From assembly GCA_977017575.1 (NCBI GenBank), contig CDRNVI010000099.1, positions 62,001-126,000 of the forward strand: a DNA stretch of 64,000 nt, in the 5' to 3' direction. The position numbers and the translations under genes are program-made. Positions 45,078 through 55,635 of this stretch are shown piece after piece; positions within the stretch are counted from its first letter, which is position 1, and each line of letters opens with the position of its first letter. The notes under the pieces are model-generated. The model saw only the letters and a program-made list of their open reading frames with translations, had not been told where the DNA came from and made no database searches. This DNA is from Paramoeba atlantica (taxonomy: Eukaryota; Protista; Discosea).

Positions 45078-45160
45078 CTTCATTATCACTCCTTCGTAAA
45101 CACGCTTGTTACCGGTCCCAAGCCCGGCACCGCCATATTCGGCGGAGTGTGAGGGTGAAG
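45078..45160 (+). ncRNA. Twister ribozyme, distinct family
   Basis: CUUCA-UUAU-CACUCC..GCUU..CCGG-UCCCAAGC-CCGG-[CGCC AUAUUC GGCG]-GAGUG-U-GAGGG-UGAAG; 4-bp GCUU/AAGC pseudoknot; L1 is UUAU rather than canonical UAA. Confidence 0.8.
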
Positions 45161-45318
45161 ATTTCAATACATCTATAGCACGATTATAAACTAAATATAA
45201 TTGAACTACTTGTTTCTAGTATCCAGTAGAACTACTACATTTAGCTCCATTTACCTAAACAATCTTACACGCCTGAAAATGTCACGCATCAATTCGCTTG
45301 GTCCCGGCCTGGCAGTAC

Positions 45319-46566
45319 TTCATCCTCTGTAACGAGGCCCATGGGCTCCGTACCCTTCGGGTATCACCGCCCCAGCATTCGTGCTGCGAGGCCCATGGGC
45401 TCCGTGTCCTTCGGGGCACACTTGCCGTTGCATTTATATATTCATCCTCTGTAACGAGGCCCATGGGCTCCGCACCCTTCGGGGTACCACCGCCCCAGCA
45501 TTCGTGCTGGGAGGCCCATGGGCTCCGTGTCCTTCGGGGCACACTTGCCGTTGCATTTATATATTCATCCTCTGTAACGAGGCCCATGGGCTCCGCACCC
45601 TTCGGGGTACCACCGCCCCAGCATTCGTGCTGGGAGGCCCATGGGCTCCGTGTCCTTCGGGACACACTTGCCGTTGCATTTATATATTCATCCTCTGTAA
45701 CGAGGCCCATGGGCTCCGTACCCTTCGGGGTACCACCGCCCCAGCATTCGTGTTGGGAGGCCCATGGGCTCCGTGTCCTTCGGGACACACTTGCCGTTGC
45801 ATTTATATATTCATCCTCTGTAACGAGGCCCATGGGCTCCGTACCCTTCGGGGTACCACCGCCCCAGCATTCGTGTTGGGAGGCCCATGGGCTCCGTGTC
45901 CTTCGGGACACACTTGCCGTTGCATTTATATATTCATCCTCTGTAACGAGGCCCATGGGCTCCGTACCCTTCGGGGTACCACCGCCCCAGCATTCGTGTT
46001 GGGAGGCCCATGGGCTCCGTGTCCTTCGGGACACACTTGCCGTTGCATTTATATATTCATCCTCTGTAACGAGGCCCATGGGCTCCGTACCCTTCGGGGT
46101 ACCACCGCCCCAGCATTCGTGTTGGGAGGCCCATGGGCTCCGTGTCCTTCGGGACACACTTGCCGTTGCATTTATATATTCATCCTCTGTAACGAGGCCC
46201 ATGGGCTCCGTACTCTTCGGGGTACCACCGCCCCAGCATTCGTGCTGGGAGGCCCATGGGCTCCGTGTCCTTCGGGACACACTTGCCGTTGCATTTATTC
46301 CTCTGTAACGAGGCCCATGGGCTCCGTACCCTTCGGGGTACCACCGCCCCAGCATTCGTGTTGGGAGGCCCATGGGCTCCGTGTCCTTCGGGACACACTT
46401 GCCGTTGCATTTATATATTCATCCTCTGTAACGAGGCCCATGGGCTCCGTACTCTTCGGGGTACCACCGCCCCAGCATTCGTGCTGGGAGGCCCATGGGC
46501 TCCGTGTCCTTCGGGACACACTTGCCGTTGCATTTATTCCTCTGTAACGAGGCCCATGGGCTCCGT
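45319..46566 (+). repeat. Tandem array, 10 full units plus a partial unit, ~123 bp, three TTCG-loop hairpins per unit
   Basis: Unit starts at 45319, 45441, 45564, 45687, 45810, 45933, 46056, 46179, ~46295, 46418, ~46534; two units carry a 7-bp deletion. Confidence 0.97.
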
Positions 46567-46584
46567 CACTCCTACGAAGGAGTG

Positions 46585-46706
46585 ATAATGAGGGGGTTGC
46601 TATGCCCTGTCCATGGTATCATGTTCAGGGGAACAGCAACTCCCCATTATCTCGGCGTAGTAAACACGCCTTGGCTTGCCTGGCACTACGATTGCCGAAA
46701 AAAAAA
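46585..46706 (+). ncRNA. Conserved structured RNA motif, copy B (3'-truncated at an A-run)
   Basis: AUAAUGAGGGGGUUGCU/AGCAACUCCCCAUUAU stem plus conserved core. Confidence 0.6.
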
Positions 46707-46767
46707 CTTAGTTCCTTAATCCTCACTTGAGGCATGGTAACGGGAGTCCTCCCCCCTAAGAAGATTT

Positions 46768-47030
46768 GAAGTTGAAAAATATGGAGTGTTCGGGGGAGAG
46801 AAAACAAAGGGGGAGACTATTGTTGGTGCGTTATAGATCCCCCCATATGGAAGTATCGAGGCACACCGGACGTCTCGGGTTGACGCTCGAAATACGAATA
46901 TGAAGTTGAAAAATATGGAGTGTTCGGGGGAGAGAAAACAAAGGGGGGGAGTATTGTTGGTGCGTTATAGATCCCCCCATACGGAAGTATCGAGGCACAC
47001 ACCGGACGTCTCGGGTTGACGCTCGGAATA
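46768..47030 (+). repeat. Two ~133-bp direct repeats
   Basis: gaagttgaaaaatatggagtgttcggggg.. occurs twice. Confidence 0.9.
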
Positions 47031-47209
47031 CGGCTTTTCAGGGTATCTCGCCTAGTAGGAATATTGAATCAGAAATTCAGACCGACGATAGTGAACGCGT
47101 TAGTGCTTATTCGGTGGAGAAAAAAAAGAAAACTAGAAAAAAAAAGCAAACGGTTGCTTTGCTTGATGCATTTATACCCGATTTCTTTGTTAACGAAGAT
47201 TCATCATAA

Positions 47210-47875
47210 ATGCTGAAGGAACAACTTGGATTCTTTACATCAACACACCTAAAACATGGTTTACCATGGGGTATCAAATGTTGCACGGCATTGAAAAGTA
47301 CCCAAAATTTTATTGAATGGATAAATTGTCCCCCTTTTCACGGGAAAATAAGGAAACTATCCTCCGGGGTTTGGTTACAACATTTATTAGAACTCGTGGA
47401 ATGCGGGGTGCTACGTGTGGCACACGACTCTCGATCATCATCACGTTTATATTTACGTTACTTTGAGGCATCAAAAGGGGAGGAATTGTCAAGAAGTATT
47501 GCGGATGGAACACCACTAAATGAGATGTGCAATCGCCCTCCTGGCTTGAATTTTCCAGCTATTGCTGAAATTATCCATGTAATAGAGAATTTCCCCAACG
47601 TAAACTTTTTATCCGCTGATATGCGACACTGGTTTCACCAGAGTGAAATACCATCAGAATCGGGGCGTACATCAGTTAGGAGATCGATGTGTAATGAGAT
47701 CACGGAAATGGATGAACAGATAGGGAAACATGGACATTCTTTTCGAATTTTCCATATTAAATCTAAAGAAAACCCAGCGGACGGGTTGACTCGAGAAGGG
47801 CATAATTATGACATAAAAGAAGCACTCCTGAACTCAGCTCTAAGAGCTGGCGATGTACATGTAGACCCTATGTAA
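47210..47875 (+). mobile_element. DIRS/VIPER/TATE-like RT plus RNase H remnant, internally deleted
   Basis: RSIADGTPLNEMC..PP....P..ADMRHWFHQ (RT), joined to HIKSKENPADGLTR (RNase H end). Confidence 0.72.
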
Positions 47876-48118
47876 GAATTATAGAAAGCGTAACTGGAGG
47901 AAACAAACACACGAATCTAGAGTAATTAGTAAAATTTATGAGTGGATAGCATGAGGAATGGCAAAGAAAGTAAATCCCCCCCAAAAGAAAAAACGTTAAC
48001 CAAAGGTTTACGCCAACCCTTTGTTCTATTGCACTCAAAGTTTTCTACTCCATTATGCAGTAAAATTTCCTTCGTATTTCTTCTTCCGAAAATTTTCTCG
48101 ACGCATGAGTAAAACCGT

Positions 48119-48319
48119 GCTGCCGGGGAGATCACTCGGTTGTGGGAGCGGGCCCCTTAAGTGGGAAGCGACTGGGCTGCGAAATGAACCGAAAATATAT
48201 TTTTTTCGGCAATCGTAGTGCCAGGCAAGCCAAGGCGTGTTTACTACGCCGAGATAATGGGGAGTTGCTGTTCCCCTGAACATGATACCATGGACAGGGC
48301 ATAGCAACTCCCTCATTAT
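48119..48319 (-). ncRNA. Conserved structured RNA motif, copy C
   Basis: Near-identical to copy B at the 5' end and colinear with copy A at the 3' end. Confidence 0.65.
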
Positions 48320-48361
48320 TGCGACCCGACGGCTAGGTTAAACTAAGAAATGTTTGTCAGC

Positions 48362-48760
48362 ATATTATAGAGCTTACCGCACCGTGGGAGGAGAACCTTA
48401 TGGGGGATCATCATCGTAAAAGCGGTAAGCGCAACGAACTGTTATACAAGCATCGCCCGGACAATGACCCATGTCACTCTATCGCATTTGAGATTGGTGC
48501 GAGAGGAATGCCCAACACAACGGCATCTCAACTCGTCCACAATTCGACGGGGATGAAGAAGCCACATCATCTTGTCTACAACAAATAATGCGAAGTGCGA
48601 TCTTCGGAAGCTACGTGATCTGGAATCGAGGAGAGGAACCCGCATAGTCCGATGGACCACGACAAGCTTGATGAACTGGCTGCGGTATTCACGTTGCATG
48701 CGTGCAACCAGCAAAAACATACTCTACCGGATCGCCTCCTCTCACTCCCGTACTTCCGAA
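48362..48760 (+). mobile_element. 3' fragment of the NeSL/R2-like RLE element
   Basis: PWEENL, IAFEIGARGMPNTT, IMRSAIFGSYVIW; homologous to ~27270-27560. Confidence 0.8.
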
Positions 48761-49071
48761 GTATCGTCATCCTCAAAAACGTTTCTGCATTTTGCCTTGT
48801 TCCTCCTCCTCCCGATACAGTCTTCTGGAGTCAGTTGTGGTACACTGGCCGAGAAAATAGTTTGATGTTAGTATTTTCAATTTTTTGTTTGAATTTTAAT
48901 TTTTCGAAATCACCTGTAAAACCGTTCAATGACATGAACCGTTCGATGACTGAAATCATCGAAGATACTACATATCCAAAAAACGAACAAAGCACCGGTA
49001 TAATTTATACCGGTGCTTTGTACTGTTTATAATAAACAGTATTCGTCGTAACCGATGTTATGTTATTACGA

Positions 49072-49701
49072 TTACTCGCGAACCATCGGACCATTCTTTA
49101 CAATGATGCGTGTGGATTCGACATTGTAGCGCATGGACTTCGATAACGATTCCACATCCAACGTTCCCCGTAACTCAGGATTGTTCGCTAGCCCCACACT
49201 ACGTAGTGACTGGGGAAGTGAGAAAAAATGGATAATGTTTTCGAATTCGTTGTAGTCTAAGTCTAGAACTTGAATTGAAGTTGGTAGGTGTAGAAAATTA
49301 AGCTCTCCACTAAAATTGTTTTGATTAAGCAAAACTACTCGCAAAGGGGAGGGAAAAAGCTCAAGCGGGAGTTCACCAGAAAGATTGTTCGCACGCATCA
49401 GGAGTTGAGTTAAGGTTGTCGGCAAATACTCCCAAGTGGGGGTACCACGTAACTTACGCACACACCAAAAGAGACGCCATAAGGTGCCGTCTTCCTCACA
49501 ATTGTTACCCTCCCACTCACACGCTGGAGTGTGCGTATTCCACGAGTTGTGCTGATTTTCAACATTGTCTATGAATCTCACCAAGTCATACTCTAAGGGT
49601 AAGGCATTCCCTTTGACCTTTCCTGTCCGAGAACCGGAAAGAGTTGTTTCGTCAGATGCGCGCGTAGAAGCCGTGGAGTAGAATGACATGAAAAGAACCA
49701 A
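49072..49701 (-). CDS. LRR family protein (209 aa)
   Basis: RTGKVKGNALPLEYDL, CEWEGNNC, LRRs. Confidence 0.88.
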   Translation of the reverse strand: MVLFMSFYSTASTRASDETTLSGSRTGKVKGNALPLEYDLVRFIDNVENQHNSWNTHTPACEWEGNNCEEDGTLWRLFWCVRKLRGTPTWEYLPTTLTQLLMRANNLSGELPLELFPSPLRVVLLNQNNFSGELNFLHLPTSIQVLDLDYNEFENIIHFFSLPQSLRSVGLANNPELRGTLDVESLSKSMRYNVESTRIIVKNGPMVRE

Positions 49702-50823
49702 AAACTCAAGAATACACTTGCGTTGTTCGTAATCATATTTCTTTTGTAATTCTCATGTAATGTAACAGTATATAGAAAACATGTTTACTCAATCGATATA
49801 TAATGTTGCCTATTTAATAACACCCGTGCATTCCTCAACCCTCATAACAAATCCATATCGAAACATTGGACCCCTATTTACTCAGCATATCTTTTCACCC
49901 CCCTGCCTCCACACATCCTATAACTTAGGACTGGGATATCCAAAGTTTCGCGTCGCACGTCCCGCCCAAATTGTTTTCGTTTTGGATATGTTCCTATAAT
50001 ACTATAGTTTCCACTATAACTTAATTCACATATAACATATAAGTACATTCGAATTACTAACGCACGCTTCCAGTAAATCCGTTCTTGGTATATTCTTGGT
50101 AAGTAGTGGTTGATAACACTGGAAAGATGATCAAAGAATGATGGAATGTACATAAAATATTTAAATATTGATGACTTCAATGGTTCATGATACAACATAG
50201 TCAGGGCCATGGATGCGTTCTGGCAAATGGAGTCATGGTTCATGATGCATCATGGGCATCAGGGTCCCACAGAATCCGCCACGCCTGGTGAGCAAGAGAG
50301 GTGCATAGAACATCCTCTAGAACACACATACTGTATACCGTGTTTACTCGCCGTGTGAGAGACTTCCGGTATATGGAAAAAGCCTCATGCGCGCAGCACC
50401 GGTGTCGCGTTAGTGGGAAGGCAGGCGGCGTGCTCCCGTAGAAGGATCCCTCAGCGCATGGGGACTCGGAACCGTGTTCCGACCGGGGTGGTGGGAGATG
50501 ATGGAAGGGAGGCGCACCACTACTTTATAACAAGAGGGACAGTTCCCTCCCTAACGCCATCCGGAAGCGGGCATTAAAATAGTAAAAGTATGCCCGTTTC
50601 CGGGAGAAAAAAGATGAGCCAGTAAAATGTATTAAGGTACAGAAACTGTGAGCAAAACAGATTATTGTGTCAACGTTCAACTAACAATTCTCAGAATAGT
50701 GGCTTTCCCTGTAACTGTCATCAGTACCCGGAATCTTGGCAGTAACTGGAGGTCACACGAGTCCGCATCCGACTTTCAGAAAAGCAGTTTTACCGACTCT
50801 CCTATGCGGTAATCTAGGTGCTA

Positions 50824-51663
50824 TTAAAATTTTACTTCTATTTCAGTATTCCAAATACTGAACGTCCATAGCGACCCGGGTAACTCAGAGCGCACGAAAT
50901 GGCCCGTCAGTTCGGTGTTACAAGAGACATCGAGCATGCTCAATCCCTGAGGAAGATTACGAAGCAGCAAGGGGCCGGCAAATGCATTTTCACCGAGGGA
51001 GAGCACCGTAAGGCAGGGCGGCAAGTGTTGCAAGGAAAGGGGTCCTGTAAATTTATTGGCCGATAACTTGATAATTTTCATCGTCTGCGGTAAGAACTTA
51101 AGTTCAACATTACCCGAGAGAAGATTCGCAGAAATATCCAACTGCAGCAAGCTATGAGGCAGTCTAGTCATGTCAGGTGTACCTTCAAAAAAATTGTTCG
51201 AAATGTTCAGTTCTTTTAGTCCTTGTGGCAAATGCGCCAAGTCTAATCCTCCTGTAAACTTGTTCTGGTTCAGAAACAAGTACGTGAGGCGAGGAGGAAG
51301 CGCATCCGTTGGTACAGTCCCACTCAAACGATTGTACGCGACACTACAAAACAAAAGACTTTCAGGTATCCAAACCCACCGAAGGGACCCTAGGAATCGC
51401 TGTTCCATCTCTACCCTTGATATTAGTTTTGTGGCACCGCTATACCAGTGAAGTTTAGTAATTCGTTTCTGCTTGTCGCAAGACACACCTTTCCACTCAC
51501 AGGCCGGAGTAGATCTGCTCCACGAGGCGTGAGGGGGTTCAATGTCCTGTATAAGACGCGCAAGTGCGTATTCCTGGGGAAGGTGGGCGCCCCGGACTTT
51601 GCTAGGAAGTACGGGTGAAGGGTCGATCGTGAAACATAAAAAAGGACTCAACATAGTTCCCAA
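50824..51663 (-). CDS. LRR family protein (~279 aa)
   Basis: PSKVRGAHLPQEYAL, CEWKGVSC, ~7 LRRs. Confidence 0.9.
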   Translation of the reverse strand: MGTMLSPFLCFTIDPSPVLPSKVRGAHLPQEYALARLIQDIEPPHASWSRSTPACEWKGVSCDKQKRITKLHWYSGATKLISRVEMEQRFLGSLRWVWIPESLLFCSVAYNRLSGTVPTDALPPRLTYLFLNQNKFTGGLDLAHLPQGLKELNISNNFFEGTPDMTRLPHSLLQLDISANLLSGNVELKFLPQTMKIIKLSANKFTGPLSLQHLPPCLTVLSLGENAFAGPLLLRNLPQGLSMLDVSCNTELTGHFVRSELPGSLWTFSIWNTEIEVKF

Positions 51664-52361
51664 CTATCTTGGGGGAGACAAGAAAGTGTAACGAAGCAAA
51701 AGAAAGTTTTTTTTGCGAATCCACTTTATTTTACAATAAAACGAAGAGACTAAAATAGAAAAATTGCCAAATGATCATCCATAAACAAATGATCAAAAAA
51801 ATAAACCAAAAAAAGATTATCAATATCCAATCTGGGGGTAGGTGGCATGTATGATATCAATAATAACATAGTTTTGGTTCCACAGCTCAGCTCGGGCCCT
51901 GAACTCTCTTGTTGAGGTGAATAACAGCCTCTTAGAGGCATGCCCGGCAAAGTATGATTCAAAGCGCGCTGCGAGGAAGTTTCATAATTTTTCAACACCG
52001 CGATGATATAAACTGGGTGCATGACCCTAATTCAAACGTTGCTTAAAAAAGAATTAAACGAGTTGTGTGCGCGGATAAAGAAATTTTCTGGTACTCCCTT
52101 TAATAAAGCTCTGCAGATTCTCCGTATGATAAATATACTGCGTAGAGGACGGGCAACTGTAATTGGGGAAAAAATTTATAAGACCGTTTTCGAGGCTACA
52201 TTTTTTGCGTAAGCAGCTCGAAAATTCAGCGGCTGCGCTAGAGCCTGGTTCAGCTTGGCGGTTCCGAGTCGGTCCTCCAGGGGAGCGGGGTTTGGATGTG
52301 GGCCTTGAAGGCACTCCTGATCGCTTTCCCTTCGTATTGAGGCCGCCAGGTTGCAAGTTTT

Positions 52362-52430
52362 GTCGACAGCGGGAATCGAACCCCCAACCTGCAGGTTGCA
52401 AGGCCCGCTGTCTGCCAACTACGCCCGCCG
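52362..52430 (-). pseudogene. Degenerate tRNA-Ala(UGC)-like sequence, possible SINE head
   Basis: GGCGGGCGTAGTTGGCAGACAGCGGGC-CTTGCAA-CCTGCAGGTTGGGGGTTCGATTCCC: intact B-box, UGC anticodon loop, broken D-arm and acceptor stem. Confidence 0.65.
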
Positions 52431-53348
52431 AAAGTTTAGTTTTATAGTTTAGTTTTATACCAATAGTTTAGTTCAATACCAACATCTTAATTTTGATTAT
52501 GCTTCGATTGAAAGCTCGACGTCTGAAACGTATTATTTCCAAAAGTGGTGTCAGCTGTTTCTTAGTCAAAGGAGATTTTATACACTTCACGTGTGCGGTG
52601 TTTCGGTAGATTCAAGAAGGCTATCACGGCATTTGTCTTCGAAAAATCATAAAAGTAGTACATCCTCTGATCCCGCTCCTTCAACAGGATCACTTTTAGC
52701 TAAAAGTCGCCATGAATGTTTCCAAGCACAGTGCAACGCCATGTGATATGCCCCGTGATATTGAAGTAGATTCAAGAAGGCGTTCAATGCATTTAGCTTC
52801 CAAACATAAGAAAAATACTTCCTTGGACGAGATTAAATCTTCAACTGGTGGTGCAATGCGGATTAGATTTTTTTCTTGGAATTCACCGGGAGGGTAAAAG
52901 AGATTCTAGTCCTTCGAACTCTGGATCTGTCCATTCGATGAATGAAGAGGGAGCGTAATCCAAAGGCAGTGGTTGTAAAAGTTCTAATGAAATCACCCAA
53001 TTTTCCACGCTAGAGAGACAAAATGATTTTACCGTTCTCCAGTAGTAAAAAGTCCATGTGTTTGCAGAATTTTCTGTGGAACAACGAAGACTTGAAGCAA
53101 ATTATGATGTAAATCCGGAAGCAAAAGAGGTTCAACACATGGTCAGTGTGAAAGGAAAAGCTCAACATGTAACTCCACATACCATTGTTAATAATATATG
53201 GTTGTTAATAATAGACGAACCCCCCCTTTACGTATATTAAACGGGGAGGGGGTTTACGTTGCGTCATTCAGCTGTAAAGATAGATTAACCTTGATGACGT
53301 TGCAGGGATTCGAAAAACCATTTGTGTGAATTTCACTGTGCTGTTTAA

Positions 53349-53999
53349 CTACATTACACAACACCGACCTTGTTGGGTAATCTGTGTGTGTTCAACGGAG
53401 AATTGACCCCCGACCAGCGAGGCGGGGAGATGCCTTGAGGCGTACACGCCGCACAATCGGGGGTTCGAACCCAGGTTCAGTTGTTCTAACCCTGGCGGCA
53501 GCGACTCAAACCGAACCGCTTTGTTAAACTGGTTATGTGAGAGCCCCACCGCCCTGAGGTCCCGCGGTAAGGTGGAGAAATCGAGTATGCCGAAAAACCA
53601 GTTCGTCGAGAGTTCCAGCTGGAGTAAACCTGCAGGAAGGCTTTGAAAGGGCACCGTGCCCTCAAGTGCGTTGTTGTACAAAAACAAGGAGGTGAGCGTC
53701 CCGGGGAGATGCTCCCATCGAGGAATACCACGGAGTGTGAGTGCCTGGGTGGAAGCTTTGTGTCCAAAACAAGACCAGAAGACCCCGACCACTACTCCGT
53801 GCTCGTCACATTCGACTTCGTACCACTGGCACGCAGGGGTCCGAAGTGTGTTGAAGTTCGCGACAGGTTCGGACCGAATGTTTTTCAAAAACTCAACGAG
53901 GGTGTATTCCTGAGGTAGGGCGGCACTAACGCGGCCAAGACGACTTTGGGGAACGTCAGCGTTTCGTACGAAGGGCCACGAGGGAAAGAATGAGGTCAT
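53349..53999 (-). CDS. LRR family protein (216 aa)
   Basis: RLGRVSAALPQEYTL, CQWYEVEC, LRRs. Confidence 0.9.
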   Translation of the reverse strand: MTSFFPSWPFVRNADVPQSRLGRVSAALPQEYTLVEFLKNIRSEPVANFNTLRTPACQWYEVECDEHGVVVGVFWSCFGHKASTQALTLRGIPRWEHLPGTLTSLFLYNNALEGTVPFQSLPAGLLQLELSTNWFFGILDFSTLPRDLRAVGLSHNQFNKAVRFESLPPGLEQLNLGSNPRLCGVYASRHLPASLVGGQFSVEHTQITQQGRCCVM

Positions 54000-54858
54000 T
54001 TAAAAGGAAAATAGTAATTTCGAAAGGAACGTAAATTTGAAATGTTTTATCGATTGCGACGCAAAAAATGACCATTTCTTTCGACAAAACATGGGCGTAA
54101 ATAAACATTTCCGCCCTAAATATTATATATATGAAACGATGTTGTTCGTACATGGAGAAATAAACCTCTAAAATGACCTGAGGAAACGGGGATCATACGC
54201 GTAACAGAATTAGTCGAATTCGACGCGAGGGTAGAGGAACTAATCTTGGAATGTGGAATACTATAAAATACTACAGAAAGGTCTAGATCCTTTATACTAA
54301 TTTAGATCACCTGATAGGAAGAGAACAGGTTTTGGATCAAAATAGCCAAGTCTCTCTTCCTGGAAGGGGGGGTGGGGGGAAATATTGACCTTTGAAGAAA
54401 AATTGGTGAAAGGGGACTTTTTTCCCCCGAAAAAAACTTGAATTTTTTTCACGGTGGTTTCTCAAACAAAATTTCAGTATTATCCAAACGAGTGATTAAG
54501 CATCATATTTTTGTTACTTACACGACTCCTCTCTATGTTTTTTCTTTGCACAGGCTGTAAAATGTATGACAGTATCACTTTTTGTAGTTGGGAACCTTGG
54601 ATGACGTGATGATAGAAGCCTGTACCGTACGATGTGAATTAAAGAGTTCTTGTAATCCGCTGTTTAAGGAATTCGAAATTATTGTCCAGGCTCAGAACCA
54701 GAACCAAGATAGAGCTCATACATTTTCTTGTTTGGTATATTTTATTAAGTGAAGTACGAAGCTAAAAGTTTTTTGGGGAAAAAAGTCCCTTTAGACCGAA
54801 AAGTTGACCTTTTTTGGAATGGTTTAATCGTATCTTACAGTACAGCTTTCATTGTAGT

Positions 54859-55635
54859 CTAAAAATACGACTTGCAAACAATTTTTGTATTGTCGTACAC
54901 GAACTGGGTTGGAATTGCAGCCATGTTACCCTTTTCAATGGTTCCTCCGAGGTCATGGTTGTATTGTAGCGTTAGTATACGCAACGACGGAGGGAGGAAG
55001 TTAAATTGGAGCACGCCAGAAAACTGATTTTCATCAAGTCGAAGGTGACGCAGATTTGTAGGAAGGTTTCCCAAATCAGGCGTACCCAAGAAAGCGTTGC
55101 TATTTAAGAGAAGATCAAGCATTCCACGCGGCATGGATGCCAAATCGACAGGACCGATAAAGTAATTCCTCGTCAAAATTAGTTGACACAAACTACGTGG
55201 CAAAGTGCTCATCTCTATTTCACCTTCAAACTTATTCTCTCGCAGGTCTAACGTCACAAGCCCAGGAGGAAGGTGCTCAAACATGAGGACACCTGAAAAT
55301 TTATTTTCACTCAGATTCAGTGACTGAAGCGTAGAGGGAATTTGTTCAAACGAGACCGTACCAGAGAGCGCATTATTCGTTACATCGAATTGAGTGGTCG
55401 TAGGAGGAAGAAATGCCCAGTTTAAGGTGCCGCGTAGTTTGCGGTGATCCCAACGAATTGAGTTGACCTTATTAGGAGGCACGGATCCAATGCCACTCCA
55501 GTAGCGTGCTTGATTGGACTCAGCCCAGCTAGATAACCGATTTTCAACTTTTTCGACTAATCGGCTTAAATGATATTCATGGGGGAAGCTCGCTTTGCTT
55601 ACTTTGCCAACTCGAGATTGGGTTGTTGTGTTCAT
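54859..55635 (-). CDS. LRR family protein (258 aa)
   Basis: RVGKVSKASFPHEYHL, ~8 LRRs; cap cysteines lost. Confidence 0.9.
   Translation of the reverse strand: MNTTTQSRVGKVSKASFPHEYHLSRLVEKVENRLSSWAESNQARYWSGIGSVPPNKVNSIRWDHRKLRGTLNWAFLPPTTTQFDVTNNALSGTVSFEQIPSTLQSLNLSENKFSGVLMFEHLPPGLVTLDLRENKFEGEIEMSTLPRSLCQLILTRNYFIGPVDLASMPRGMLDLLLNSNAFLGTPDLGNLPTNLRHLRLDENQFSGVLQFNFLPPSLRILTLQYNHDLGGTIEKGNMAAIPTQFVYDNTKIVCKSYF

Noticed and set aside
45319-46566. CRISPR-like array (GAGGCCCATGGGCTCCGT repeat alternating with spacers)
   Set aside because: The spacers are two alternating near-identical sequences, not unique, and there are no cas genes.
45282-46585. Long ORFs (336-388 aa) on both strands across the array
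   Set aside because: The 123-bp period is a multiple of 3, so frames stay open trivially; several frames are equally open and there is no start context or domain.
50695-50730. Hammerhead-like CUGAUGA..GAAA (-)
   Set aside because: No stem II and no stem III/UH partner. The CUGANGA hits I checked at ~39511, ~54177, ~58227 and ~59052 also fail.
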